From Leptogorgia sarmentosa (taxonomy: Eukaryota), in the NCBI GenBank assembly GCA_964658305.1, contig OZ210885.1, forward strand, positions 21,390,001-21,454,000: a stretch of DNA of 64,000 nt. Direction: 5' to 3'. Position 1 is the first letter of the stretch. Every line of letters begins with the position of its first letter. The notes below the pieces were generated by a model. The model searched no databases. It saw nothing but the letters and a program-made list of their open reading frames with translations, and was not told the origin of the DNA. The position numbers and the translations under genes are program-made. Shown piece after piece: positions 12,400 through 25,364 of this stretch.

Positions 12400-13568
12400 A
12401 CTAGAAATGATGGAGACCATCCTAGGTATGAAATCGACGAAGAACAGGTAATGTTCTTACAGTGAAAGTTATTCCATGGAGGAAAATTGCACAAATTTTG
12501 TGTATTTCTGACCGTACTCTTCGCAGAAAACGGCAGGAGTTTGCTGCAAGAACGGAAAACTTTAGTGATATATCTGAGGCTGACCTTTGTGACATGGTTG
12601 AAAGTATTCGTTGCCTGACACCTAACATTGGACAATCTCGCTTACTTGGGGCTCTTAGGTGCAGAGGATATAGAATTCAAAGATGGAGGGTAAGAAATTG
12701 CCTTAGGAAATTGGACCCAGTTGGTACAGCATTGCATGGTCATGTGGCTATATACAGAAGAAAATACAATGTACCATACCCAAATTTTCATTGGCACCTG
12801 GATGGTAATCATAAACTCATTAACTGGAGAATGGTTGTGCATGCCTGCATCGATGGTTTTAGCAGAATGATCATTTATTTGTCATGCAAAAACAACAATC
12901 TAGCTTCTATTGTTTTTGATTTATTTGTTGATGGTGTTTCCAAATATGTTTTGCCAAAGAAGATAAGAACTGACCATAGGTTAGAAAATTTCCATGCCGC
13001 TAGATATAGCTTCAGCAAAGAGGTACAGATTGTGGCAGTGTACTTACTGGAAGATGAGTACATAATGTAAGAGTAGAGCAACTTCATAGGGATGTATATT
13101 CTGGTGTTCTTTTGCCATTATGCTTTACTTTTCACGTTTATGGAAGAAGAAGGTTTGCTCAATGTCAATAGTGAGGAGCACTTGTTAGCTCTTTAGGAAG
13201 TGTTTATTCCACGAATTAACAGGAGCCTTAATGAATTTGTGAACCAATGGAACAGCCATCCAGTTAGCAGTGCTTGGCATCAGAGCCCAGAGCAAATGTT
13301 TATTACTGGTTCATTAAATTCTGCCATGTATCATGCTGATGATGGAGATTTGCCAGATGTGTCCGATGAAACATTAGGGGCTGGACTTTCAGAAGATGAC
13401 ATACTGGATCCCAATTTCATTGTAGAAGAAGACAATTATGCAGTAGTTGTTCCACAAACTGAACTTGAACTTCCCAGCAATCTAAGTAGTGAACAATTCG
13501 TGACGGATGATGGCAATTATGGAATTAATCACTACATCACATGTTTAACATGTTTACAAAGTATATAA
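12400..13568 (+). pseudogene. IS3EU-type integrase-core transposase (N-terminal piece at 6427-6509)
   Basis: HTH (SWRKIAQILCISDRTLRRK), RRKYNVPYPNFHWHLDGNHKLI, IDGFSR, IRTD, and FIPRINRSLNEFVNQWNSHP. Several frameshifts and stops. Removing the MULE and one TSD copy restores the frame from 6428. Confidence 0.82.
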
Positions 13569-13728
13569 GAAAACAATGAATAATTAAATGAAATGCTTTA
13601 TTGAAACAGTGTACATTTCTTATCCAAACAAACAAAAACACAACACCTTGCTTATTGTAATACAGTTCTTTCTGCTTGTATGTTTATACGTAAAATATGA
13701 AATGGATGCTTCATAATGTCCAGTTTTA

Positions 13729-14360
13729 TTAAACAATATCAAATTCCCAGAAGCCCTTCTCTCTTAATACACTACTGAATTCCTCAGACAATTCATTAAA
13801 TGACTGGTATGTCGAAGGTAATTTTAAACTAGGTGTACATGTGTGAGCAATGGCCTATGTGCAAACCCACCCACACTAACAAAAGTGACTTCTAGGCTGT
13901 CACAAATTATGATATCACTTCCAGTTATAAACTGCAGAAAAGCTGAACGTGCTCCATCGGTCAAACTTTTTACATACCTTTTTAAGTGTTCAATTTCCTG
14001 ATGGGGAAGCTGGAAAATAATTTCATTTATATTTTCCGCACTAGCAACACGAAAGCGCTTGTAAGAACTCAAAAAGTATCCTTGTTTTGAACATCAAAAT
14101 GCCCATTCATACAACCATTAATTACTTCCTTTTCATCTGCGGAAACATGGAGTTTAAAAGAATCGAGTAGCACATCATTAGACAACTTTTCTTCCCCCAG
14201 TATGCATAAAGCTACAAATGCCACTGATAGATTGAGTGGAAAATACTGAGTGCTAACATACACCTATATTAAAACCTGTGCAACTGCTTCCCAATCATTT
14301 TTTTGGAAATTATGTCGAATGCTGGTACTTTTTCTTTTGCACCTACTGCCAAAGAGGTAA
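13729..14360 (-). pseudogene. HECT E3 ubiquitin ligase C-terminal domain (IS3EU second ORF)
   Basis: FLQFITGS, the catalytic-loop motif AHTCTPSLKLPSTY, and a C-terminal FWEFDIV-stop; frameshifted. Confidence 0.8.
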
Positions 14361-14929
14361 GGGACCGTTCATTATTTATTAGAGGGAGGGGGATGGGTGA
14401 TTTTCAGATATTTCCTTTTTTTTTTACTGCTACCCACTATAGACAAACTTAAAATTTCAGGTCCCCCACGTGGGTTAGTGACAAATTTTAAGGTGCCCCC
14501 CTTCGAGAATTAACTATGAAATGGGGAATATAAAATATATAGTAAACTTTATTGGACATTATATATATATAATACAATACCAAACGGTGCAAGTGCGAAC
14601 GGGACTCGAAGTCCCATGCGCGGCACTCTACCTTTCTTAAGTTAAGTAATACAAATGCGCTATATAAAACAAACTGAATAACATATGCAATTTGCTTGGA
14701 AAAACTGCAAAATGAAAAACCTAGCACTTAAATGTTAAAGTTATTTGATTTGGATTCAGTCCATATCTAAGAATCAATCAAAACTGTTATTAACCAAGAA
14801 TAAGATTTAAAGATGATTCATTTACTCAAACAAAGGCATATGTTTGCTTTAGAAACTATTATCTATGTACCATGACACGAGCAACTTGGAATTAAAGTCC
14901 AAGTGCATGTCATATCTGTCCGTACGTTC

Positions 14930-15165
14930 TTGACAAAAAGGACAAAAGATGGTGTGACAGATGGTGCATAACTTCTTCTTCTGAGATGGTTATGTCGGGC
15001 AGTTGGGAAGAGGTAATCAGCGAAGAGGTGGATTCTTTAGAGTTTATGATAGTTTTTGCAGGACGGAAAACGGAACAGAAATAGGTGTTAAATAGTTCTG
15101 CTTTATCTTTTGGAGACTCCACTGTGCGGTTGTTGAAGGTTATGACAGGGTTGAGGGCAAAATGG
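14930..15165 (-). mobile_element. Non-LTR retrotransposon (LINE) ORF2 fragment
   Basis: KDKAELFNTYFCSVF...LPDITISEEEV, the typical pre-RT linker of CR1/L2-like LINEs. Confidence 0.65.
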
Positions 15166-15811
15166 TGGTGATGTATGGCTTTATGGTATTAAAGCACGGG
15201 TAGTTATTTCCAAAAAATGGTGCTAGAACGTGATCGGAAACGTTATGTATGTCGTAAAATGGGAAAAACATGGTTTTTCCTATACTAGCTCCTATTAATT
15301 TGACCGGTTGAGCAGCCATCTTGGATTTTCAAAAGTTGCCACACATTTTATATGGAGTCAGCAATCTAGGCTTCCTATATCTGTGAAGTAAACTAACAAT
15401 TTCCAATTCCCAAAATCTGTAAGAAGAACTCCAATGTCTTCCACTCAATAAACACTTAACTTGTACTGGTTCTAACATTTAACACATTTTTGAGTTGCCG
15501 AATTACACTTAATAAACCTTTCTGAACTCTTATACGTTGGCCATTTTGTAATTATTTAGCATATTTGATCACTAATGATTGTCAATGCATTCACACCCAG
15601 AAATTTCTGGTACTGAAGTAGCCAATACACATGCCAGAGCATTTTGTCTTCCTTGACTTTTAGAAAAGGATCTGGGAACAAGGATGGGGGGAGACTACAT
15701 GAGAATTTCGATATTTTGCTGAGAGCACTAGCAACACAATTTTCTAATGATTTCATTGGGGAATCTTGGTTATATGTGATGTTATATGTTATTTGCTTTC
15801 AAGTTCTTTTT

Positions 15812-17181
15812 TTACCTCAATTTAAAAGTGTCTCCATCCGCTTGGTCTCCATTCCGGCCCCGCCTCTTACTCAGGCATACATACATGTGCTCCCTCAATT
15901 TGTTCATTGGGAAAATGTCCAGACAATTATTGCATATTTCCTCTAAAGTAACCATGTGGTCGTCCTTTTTAAACTCCGGACTTAGATCCAAATCGGACTG
16001 TATAGGGCAAATGTAAATACGCCCTTGTCCAACAAATCTTTTCAAGTATTCTATTGTATAACCATCATTGCCTTCAGCGATAATGTTCAGCACACAAGAA
16101 CTGGGCTTAGCACGCATAAACTCAAACCCGCCACTGTCAATCAGTTTCCGAAACGCTTCTTTCAGGGAGGCTTGCACATCATTTGCATTTGCTGTTATGG
16201 GTATTGTCAATTTCTTTTCCCTGAGGCTGGGAACAATCAAATGTAGCCTCCTCCGCAGGCATCGCCTTTAGATTGACAGGCAGAAATTGAATGCGGGCGA
16301 AAAAAATAACGAGGCGATGCCTGCCAAAACCCGAAGACTGTGGACCGATCATGTTACCTTTTCGACATATCATGTTACCCCAACCCCCTGGGGATAGTAA
16401 TTAATTCAATGCAAAATGGCGGAAAAGCAGGAGTCGCGCCGTTCTAAAACTATACCTCGGTATGTAAGAACAACAACGCCAATTCTTAGTTCAAGCTATC
16501 GAAGAGCATTATGAGATATAAAAACAAAGCGCACAGAGATCAAAATGAAGCAGAGAAAAATTGACAGCATGAAAGAAATGCTGACGGGTTTTACAAAGGA
16601 AGAACAAACTACATCTTGTTTGACTGCTTCGACAACGCGATCGACACTCTCTATCCACCCCTCCCTTAGGATCAAGTTTGTAATGTGCGAACAAGATGCG
16701 CAGAACAGTTCAACCATGTCGCATTTTGGCAGGCATGTCCCCAGGTTTGTAAAACCCATAAAAAGAGATGCCTGCGGAGGAGGCTAAATCAAATCTTTTT
16801 TTTCTTCGTTTGTGGGCACATCATGCTGCAACGACGAGGAAAGGCAAAAGAATTTAACAGTAACTTCTTTTACCGTCTTTCGTTTCTTAGCTTTTGACGT
16901 CAATGACGATGTTCTCGTATTTCGTTGAGTGAATGCGTTGGAAGAAAGCGATCTTCCCTGTATAGAAGATGAGGGAAACGGCCGTCGAAACTCGTCTTGC
17001 GCTCTGACAGCTCTGGCTTGGTGGTTTTGTTCTTGAACTCTGGGAGTTTGGACAGTTTGGGACGTCCCACTAGAACTACTAGATGATTGTCCATCATTCG
17101 CTGTAAAATTAAACTGCTTGCAGCTTGGGTTAGCAAACGGGACGCTTCTGTGATATCTTGATTTGGTGCCTTCTCAGCCAT
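15812..17181 (-). pseudogene. N-terminal part of the HECT-protein gene, split by an Academ MITE
   Basis: MAEKAPNQ... start and the block KKLTIP...LKEAF.KL...GGFEFMR...YLKRFVGQGRIYICPIQSDLDL, which resembles N-termini of transposon-borne HECT proteins. Confidence 0.55.
16244..16786. mobile_element. Non-autonomous Academ(H)-type element
   Basis: Perfect 20-bp TIR TAGCCTCCTCCGCAGGCATC. The 9-bp TSD is AATCAAATG (16235-16243) / AATCAAATC (16787-16795). Confidence 0.85.
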
Positions 17182-17591
17182 GACAGAACAAGATAAACAA
17201 CAAACAGAACAACACGAGGACGATGCATGACGTATGAAAACCCTAACCCGCAAATTTTAGGGAGGTGAATTAGTAGGTCCGTTTTCAGGCTAGAAATGTA
17301 CGTGTTTTCTCAAAGTGTTTCAAACTTTTTGTTGCTATGCAACTAATTAACAAGCTGCCATGCAGCTAAGGGTATTTTTAAATGTCAAATATTTCATCTC
17401 AATCGAAAAGTGTTGTTCAATTTCCCGATGTACTCACTTGAGGACATAACGAGCCTGCCATGCATAGAGGTTAAACCTAAGTACTTCATGATACTACATT
17501 TTAAATCGTCTTCAAAGATGGCCTCCAGCAGCGGTGGAACTAATGGCTAAGTCGAGGAATGCACATTTACATTTTTTAGTATACTTAGTAG

Positions 17592-20500
17592 AACACCGCG
17601 GAAAAACGTCTGCGCATGCGCGAGATTAAAACAATATGGCGGGAAATTTAAATACATAATTCAGAACAAAAGAATCGCTGATAATTATTTAAAGGTAAGT
17701 GAAACAAATAAAAAAAAATTGTAGAAAAAAGCACGATATGTTAATATAAAGTCTCCATGTATTTAAAATGTTAAAGGAAATAGGATTTGAACTAAAAAAG
17801 AATAGGTTTGACAGGGAAGAGTGCGAACATTTCGCAGAAAAAAACGGAATATCGACGTTCAAGGGGGAAAGTTAAGCAAACCATGGGAAAGTTAAGAATA
17901 TAAACCCGCTCAACTTGTAGGGGAAATATCAAAGTTGAAATACTGAGAACACGAAAATTATTGATGTTGGACGACATATTGTTTTTTATCAAAACGTTCG
18001 ACAGACTTTTGACATCGCAAGTGTGTTCACTTCTTAGAAGCGACTTCTATTCATGCAATGCAATATGTAAATAACAAACGGGCTAAAAGACAGAGCGCAC
18101 TTCTGGCGAAAAATGTCCATTTTCCCTCTACATTAAAAACTTCTCATAGGTAAAATATGCAGGAAAACACGACCTGTATTTTTGCGAAAAGTCGGTCAGA
18201 AAAGAAAAAATGCAGCCATGAAAACCCCAACAAATACCATCTACTCAGTGAAGGTCAACTCCGGGTAGCACGAATTCCAGAAAGTGGAATACAGTCATAT
18301 GCATGTGCCCACCACGTTCACCAAATGTGCTATGAGAAATTTTGCTGCTGTCCCATTCCACTGGACCACAGCAAATTCTTGCTGAAATGCCCCAAAAGAT
18401 TTTATGAAGTGTTTGATGAAGAGGGGAAAAGTCTACAAAATTACGAGCCTGGGACAATGATTTGCAAGAAATGCATTAACACTGCCGATGACCACTTTGC
18501 ATCCCATCCTGCATACATTGATCCAGTAAAAAGGAAAAGGGTAATTATAATGTTCTCGTAATTTACCCCTAAAATATTTTCAATATTCATTTCATACACT
18601 GCTATATGTGCTAGACCTTTGACAGCTGCAGCAAAGAAAATAATGGTCCAAATGCCGGCAATGTTTGGGTGGAAGAAAGCTCTCCGATTGGCCCAATTCT
18701 AGTGAATGAATACAAAGAAATAAAGTTAAATGAAGAAACCTGGAAAAAAATATTGGACAAGACGAAAGGTAAATATACTGTAGATTGATGTGAGCTCCTA
18801 CCCACAAGGACAGAAATTCAAATCAATACCATTATACAACCTCTTTGACAATTAAAATTGCCAACATAAGTATGTTGTGTGAAATACAGAAGTATGAAGC
18901 ATAAATTTTAACACTGCAACTGACTAATCTGTAATGTGACAAACCTGAAGTCCTTGTACTCCACAAAGATCAAAGTCAACAACTGACATCTGATGTATAC
19001 ACCTGTACTTTATACAGGAGATGACTTCCCAGATTTGATCGCCAAATTTCAGATGGCTTTGTACAGACACCACAATGGGACCGAATCCAACTCCACGTTG
19101 TATGATCCTTCTACCATGAAAATGTTTGCTGACCAACATGCTCCAGGACTCTTTAACAAAATCCTTCAGCTTATGGAAAACAATCGACCTATATCAGAGA
19201 AGCGGCAAATGAAGAATCGTCAGAGAACAGTGGCACTTCTGCACACTCTGCAAGGCTTTTTGCATTAGAGAACAAACATTTAATGGTGCACTTGCTTGAT
19301 GATTTTCATAACATCCAAACTATCAAGCGTCCAACTAGTGTGAAACTGAGTGTTGCTTCCCACATGGCTTCAAACCTCCTAGACATCCAAAAAATACCTG
19401 CAATTCCACTTCCAATAAGGCAAGACAACAGGCATAGCATAGTCATGGTTCATAGGGAAGACAGTGACATCATATGCAAAGGTGGAATCAACACTGACAT
19501 AGCAGAGGGAGTTATGACAAAAGCCTTGGAAAATCATTCTGTTACTTACCTAGAATCTCTACCAACATCCCATCAACATATCAATACTGAAATGATAAAC
19601 AAACAAATCAGTCAATTCAGGTAAATTATCATATATATGGTTTATATACACAATATGGATGAAGTGATCAATGACAGGCTACACCAATCATTTATTGAAT
19701 CTGACTCATTTTGTAATTGGTTTCTTTGTTTAGAGTCTACAGTGAATTGAATGATCATACTCTAAGCAAACTCAATTCATGTGTTCTTGTATCAGAATCA
19801 GAACAAAGCCTTAAGTCTACAGATGACTAGAAAGCTGTCCTTGACTTGGAGTTGAAATGTTGTCCTCCAACTAGTGCAGTATCTAGAGAAGTTTGCCATG
19901 CCTGCTCCTGGTGATTGGCCGACTTGGTACTTCGTGAAGAAGATCATTGCACATTCTGATAACACTTCCCCACTGAACTCCATACTACCTGAACAAGGTG
20001 CATTTCATGTCATACTGAATGCCACCGATGATGCTGTTGTGTAGTTTCATTTCTTTTTCACAGAGTTGTATCAACATCTCTTCGGAAAAGAACTACCAAC
20101 AACACCAAAACCCTATCAAACCTCTCTCATCACAACTGCTGCCTTCTTGGGATGGCTACTAATCAGAGAAATCGTGCTTGAGACGTTCAAGCTGTGCAAA
20201 GATGTGGAATTTGTCATGATTTTACACCTACTAGATGAGATTTTACCTTTGCTGTTCTATCACTACACTGTGGTATTTCGAAGTGGTGACTTTGAAAACT
20301 ATCTAACAATCATGCATCGATTTCTGATCCTGTACATCTGTTGGCAACGACGTCATTATGATACGTCAACTCTATCAATGCTGTGTGATACTCAACACCA
20401 AAAAGAATTTTTCCCAGAGTACTATTCCACCAAGCAACACTGGCTCACCGTTTTTACAGAGAAGAAGGTTGAAATATGGCACTCGAAGCTACGCAGTAAC

Positions 20501-22406
20501 ATATCTCCTTCAGATCCACCAACTGTCATAACCCAAAGAGCAAAGATAATCAGTGGTATCCAACATGAAACTTCATTCCAACACCATTTTGTTCCAGAAT
20601 ATCAAAGAGGAAGCAGTGAGAAAGACCATACATTCCTGGCTGGAAAATCAGCAGAATTTCGCATTGCAAAATTTCAATGTATTGCAAGTAACTTGAACAA
20701 GATCAAGCAGGTAAGCTTATTGTCAAAATTGACAATGTTAAATGAACATTCCACAATTTTTCATTATTGAACATCAATTCTATCTGAAATTTTAGATTCC
20801 TCGAAAAGTCACCACAAAAGGGAAATTAAAAGGCAAACCAAAGTTTCAGCTACCATCATTTGGCAATGCAACCATTGATAGCAAATGCCTACCAGTGTCG
20901 TATGCACATGACAAGTACAACCAGAAGATTCAGCCAGATCAACACACTGTTTGCGACTTCTCTACATGTGATAACGAAAGTCTAGGCAATGCTGTGCGAC
21001 TTGGGTGCTTCCACACTTGCCATGTAACCTGCTTGAGAGATAATGAAAGCCAATGCCAATTGTGCAAGGTGCCTCTAGCAATGAAAGTAAAGAATTGGCA
21101 GACAGTTTCAATAACAGTTTGCTTGATCCTGCATCTGTTGTTCCACCATCGACAATTAACAATGAAGAGTCTGATGATGAAGAAGATGAAACTATCATTG
21201 TGTCAAGCAGCAAGGACTATAACTATTACCAATCAACTGAGTGGAAGAAGTTTGTGGAAATAGAATTGTTGGAAATCAACATCACACAACCACAGATACC
21301 CCATAAGCCCAGCCAGCAACCAACAGAATTCACTCCGTTGCAGCAGAGGCGATGTACATTTTGCAAGCAGCCTGGACACAATAGGCGTAAATGCCAACTT
21401 CTTGCATTTGATAGGTCAAGATCAAGATCTCAACCCACACAGCCACAGGACAAAAGACCAATCTCAAGTGGTACAAGTGCATCTGTTCCACAAATTTGTG
21501 GGCTTCGAATCAACCCTACAGCAATGGGTAGTTTTACAATTTGGATCTTTCCCTTCAGTGTTTCGCAAAGCACTATCAATGGGCGTGTGGGGAGCAATGC
21601 ATGTACCCTGATTTCTCTGCTACTAGCTAAAGCATATCTCATGAATGAAGCTGCACTACAACTTGACAAAGATCAACCCTTATCAGGACAATGGAATACT
21701 ATTATGGTGTCGTGTATACTCGGCGGGAACTGTGTTTATGACAGCTGCATTTCTAACGGAAGGTTTCTTAGCGTTCTAGAGGCAGTACCCTTTGTCGCCT
21801 GTAGCATTGGACAAGTTAATTTAACTGATGAGCTCACCGTTTGTTTCGCCAAAGAAGATCATGCACCTCAAGAATCTGCACTATCCAGCCAGATCACCAA
21901 TTACTTTGATTACAACAACCACGCTGCTGCCCTTGTCATTCTTAATGGAAAGACCATCACTTTTGTCAAATAAGAGAACGCCATTATCTTCTTCGACACC
22001 CATGCCAACTTCGAGCACAACAACGGAGCAACGATTGAGATGGTCCCCAAGGATTCTTTGGAGAATCTTCTTTGTTGGATTAAGGCTAGAATCACCCCTG
22101 CAATTAATCTAAGCACTGTCACCTTTGTAAAATATGCCCTATGAGAGTGATGAATGTAAATACTGTAAATATTGAAAGCAGAATATAGTAGATAATCGTA
22201 ATTAAATTTTAATCCAGAACGGTTGAGAATACAAACCCACCTTTAACAAAACAAGATAGACCTTTTTTATCTTCCAATTGCACATATTTCCTCTGAAAAT
22301 GGGCCAAGTATACGTTCAGATGGAGCAAAACCACCATTTTCAAATCGAAACGCATGCGTTCCGTAGCTCAAATTCCACGCATGCGCAGACGTTTTTCCGC
22401 GGTGTT
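17592..22406. mobile_element. Complete unclassified TIR DNA transposon
   Basis: Perfect 29-bp TIR AACACCGCGGAAAAACGTCTGCGCATGCG. The 9-bp TSD ACTTAGTAG is at 17583-17591 and 22407-22415. Confidence 0.92.
18157..22144 (+). pseudogene. Multi-exon Academ-like DDE transposase fused to RING-H2, CCHC knuckle and papain-fold (herpes tegument DUB-like) domains
   Basis: Exons at about 18157-18540, 18615-18768, ~18930-19620, 19734-20710 and 20796-22144. Motifs LLDDFHN, PGDWP, QGAFH and KKVEIWHS; RING C-x4-C-x12-CxHxxHxxC-x7-CxxC; CTFCKQPGHNRRKC; SQSTINGRVGSNAC...FFDTH. Stops and frameshifts are present. Confidence 0.65.
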
Positions 22407-22462
22407 ACTTAGTAGTATTAGAGAATCTGTTTATAAATAATATTTTTACACCAATTTGTGTC

Positions 22463-22535
22463 GAGCTTCGTTGGCTCATTGGTTACGGTTCTCGCCTTGC
22501 GTGCACGTGCCGCGGGTTCGATTCCCAGCCTTGCC
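22463..22535 (+). mobile_element. tRNA-derived (SINE-like) head with Pol III A and B boxes
   Basis: A box TGGCTCATTGG (22472) and B box GGTTCGATTCC (22515), followed by T-tracts and TTAGGG-like repeats. There is no clean cloverleaf. Confidence 0.5.
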
Positions 22536-23025
22536 CTCTGACTTTTTTCCTGTTTTTTTGTTTGTTTATTTTCTCTATTTTTTCCAACATTTGTTGTTAG
22601 GGTCAGATTAGGGTTTGGGTGTGGATTAGGATAGAAAATGGAAGAAGAAAATACTTGGAAAGAAGGAAGGTGGAAGGAAAAGTCAACAATCAAAAGGTAA
22701 TTGAAAAATTCACATAGTATTTGATTTTTCTGTAACCTAACAAGTATGCGGTTTTAAACATAAGATAGGATAGATTCATTGTGAACAATTATTTTTGTGC
22801 AGTCAGTTTTTTGAACAATGATTTTAGCCTTCGAAAGTGCTTGTCCTCAAACGTGGACAGTGGGTCTCAATGTAGGAAGTCCACATGTGGGGACAATGGG
22901 TCTTAATTCAGTTCACTAGATTTACACGTGGATCGAATTATTGCTTTAGTTTTTTGTTTGAATGGCCCAAAAGTAATTATTCTCTCTTTAAAACTCATAC
23001 CTCATTGGTTATCTTTATCATTCAG

Positions 23026-24480
23026 GGGAATATTTTAATACATCTGAAGTTTTGGAGCTTCTAGATAATTCTGACATTGAACTATCGGATGCAGATGATG
23101 ATGTAGACAATGAGAGTGATTATTTACCAGAGAATGAAGCAGGTGATAGTGAGGAGAGTGGTGAAGTACCTAGTAGCACTGACAACTGTTCCAGTGAAGA
23201 TGAAGCGAGTCAACCTGTGACTTTGAGCAGTGGCAATGCCCAACGAGGACGGCCTAAGGGTAAACGGGGTGGTAGACGTGGTGGTGGAGGTGGTGGTGGA
23301 CGTAGTGGAACTCAAACAAAGAAAAAAGAACTCACATGGAAAAGATGTGCATCATTTTCCCCAAATTTAAATAATGGCAACAATAGTCAGCAAGAAGCTC
23401 AAATCAACAATGGAAGAAACTGGAAACCAATTGACTATTTTAACCAATACATAAATGCTGAAATTTATGAAATGATTGCTCAAGCCACAAACCAGACTGC
23501 TGTAGCACAGACTGGCCGTTCCCTCAATACATCAGCTGCAGAAATTAGAACATTTTTTGCCATAAGCATAATGATGGGTACCATGAAGTCGAAAACCGAT
23601 GACGAAAAATCCCGAGACAAGCTCTGGAAAGTTCGACCCTTGTTGGAGAAAGTTGGGGCAACTTGTCTCCAGAGGCCAAGACCGTCAGAATGCTGTGTAG
23701 ATGAGCAAATGATACCATTCACTGGCAAAGTTGCTGTACGCCAGTTCATTCGTGGAAAACCAAATCCAACAGGCCTGAAGAATTTTGTCTTGGCTTCTCC
23801 AACAGGAGAAGTTTTAGACTTTGAAATCTTTCAAGGAAGAAACTTTTTTCCTGATGCTGACAGTGCTCTGAAACTGTCAATTGGAGGGTTAGCTGTCCTG
23901 CGGCTCATTCAGACTGTTCCAGAGCACACCTCCCTCGTTGATAGGTACTTTACTAGCATGCAAGTACTAGATGAGAAGAACATCACCATCACTGGTACAA
24001 TCATGAAAAATATGGTCCCAAAATCAGCCAAATCATTCTTGAAGTCTGACAGTGAATTGAAGAAAGAAGGAAGGGGTGCTGTTAATCAAATTGTTTGTGA
24101 TGATGGAAAGGCATGCATCATCTAGTGGTTTGATAACGAAGCTGTACTGGCTGCATCCAGTGAGTTTGGAGCTGATCCGCAAGACACTTGCAAAAGGTGG
24201 TCGAAGGAAGATAAAGCTTTTGTCGATGTTCCAAGACCTGCTCTCATCAAGTTCTACAATGACAAAATGGGAGGCGTTGACCTGAGTGACAGAATGATTG
24301 CATTCTATAGAATAAGTGCTCGCACCAAAAAGTGCACAATTAGAACAATTTTCCACATGATTGACCTGTGCCTGACAAACTCCTGGGTTCAAGACCGACA
24401 AGAGAGAAAAGCAGAAGGAAAGAGGGCACGCATATGACACAATCAAACTCACGCTCACAAACAATTTTGGTAGCTCCCGT
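23026..24480 (+). pseudogene. piggyBac (PGBD-like) transposase remnant
   Basis: DKLWKVRPL, VDEQMIPFTG, KPNPTGLK, DRYFTS, and YNDKMGGVDLSD after a stop at 24123. It has an internal deletion and a truncated 3' end. Confidence 0.88.
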
Positions 24481-25364
24481 CCTGACTGCATTCCAATACC
24501 CCTCAGCTCAAGATCTGTGGCATAGAGCTTTGTCGGATTTTAATGTGATTCGTCATCATTGCCACTGACCAGGCTCAAATTTCAATCAATCTCATTTTTT
24601 ACATGCGCATACGAACGGATGAAAAACGCGTAAATGGTAATCGGCCTTAAGACTCTGACCTTTATGATCATGAAGTTATGTTCCTACACCCGGTAATTAA
24701 CACACAATAACATGCCTTGATGCACCCTGTAGATTACTTTATATTATCTGTCACTGATTTTTCCAACAGCACCACCTATATTTGAGCACAAGCGTGGGAA
24801 CATACCAATAACGTTCTTCTCAAACCCCTTCACTATGATCAGTAATGAAACGAGAAATTGTATTCATGGAACAATAAAGGCAAGATTTTTTTTATTCATT
24901 TTTGCATCATACTTACACAAAGACTAAGTTTCATAATTATGGTCTGTCAGGACCTTCGCGTATACAGGTAAAGCTTTAATATATAAGGGTGAACAAGTAG
25001 AGATTAATTCGAGAGGCAAACATCAGGGAACACATGTCGGAATTTACATTTAAAGGACATTGGCAGTATATTATTAGTTTCATTCATTAGATAGATCTCG
25101 TTAAACTGTTTAAGCAGTTCTTGTACAGTTTTTCTGTATATTCTTTAGTTTTGGAGTTATTTGATTTTTTCCCGAAAAATATTTGGGTTGCCGTCCGCCA
25201 TTTTGTAATGTTGCCACTAAAAAATTATATTTTTAATGTGACGTCACAACTGGGAAACATTCATGTTAGCTACTAAACAATATCCTACAAGCTGTACGCA
25301 CATTCCGAGTCGCACACTCCCACTTCAATCTTGCTTATATTTAAAAAAATAATAAAAAAGTATA

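Larger units (their letters stand above)
6427..17275. mobile_element. IS3EU-like DNA transposon (DDE integrase-type transposase plus convergent HECT ligase gene), interrupted by other elements
   Basis: Two convergent ORFs. A candidate right end ...GGAGGTGAATTAGTA lies at about 17275. The left end is displaced by the AcademH insertion. Confidence 0.6.

Noticed and set aside
22463..22535. Functional tRNA gene
   Set aside because: The acceptor and anticodon stems do not pair convincingly, so it was treated as tRNA-derived.
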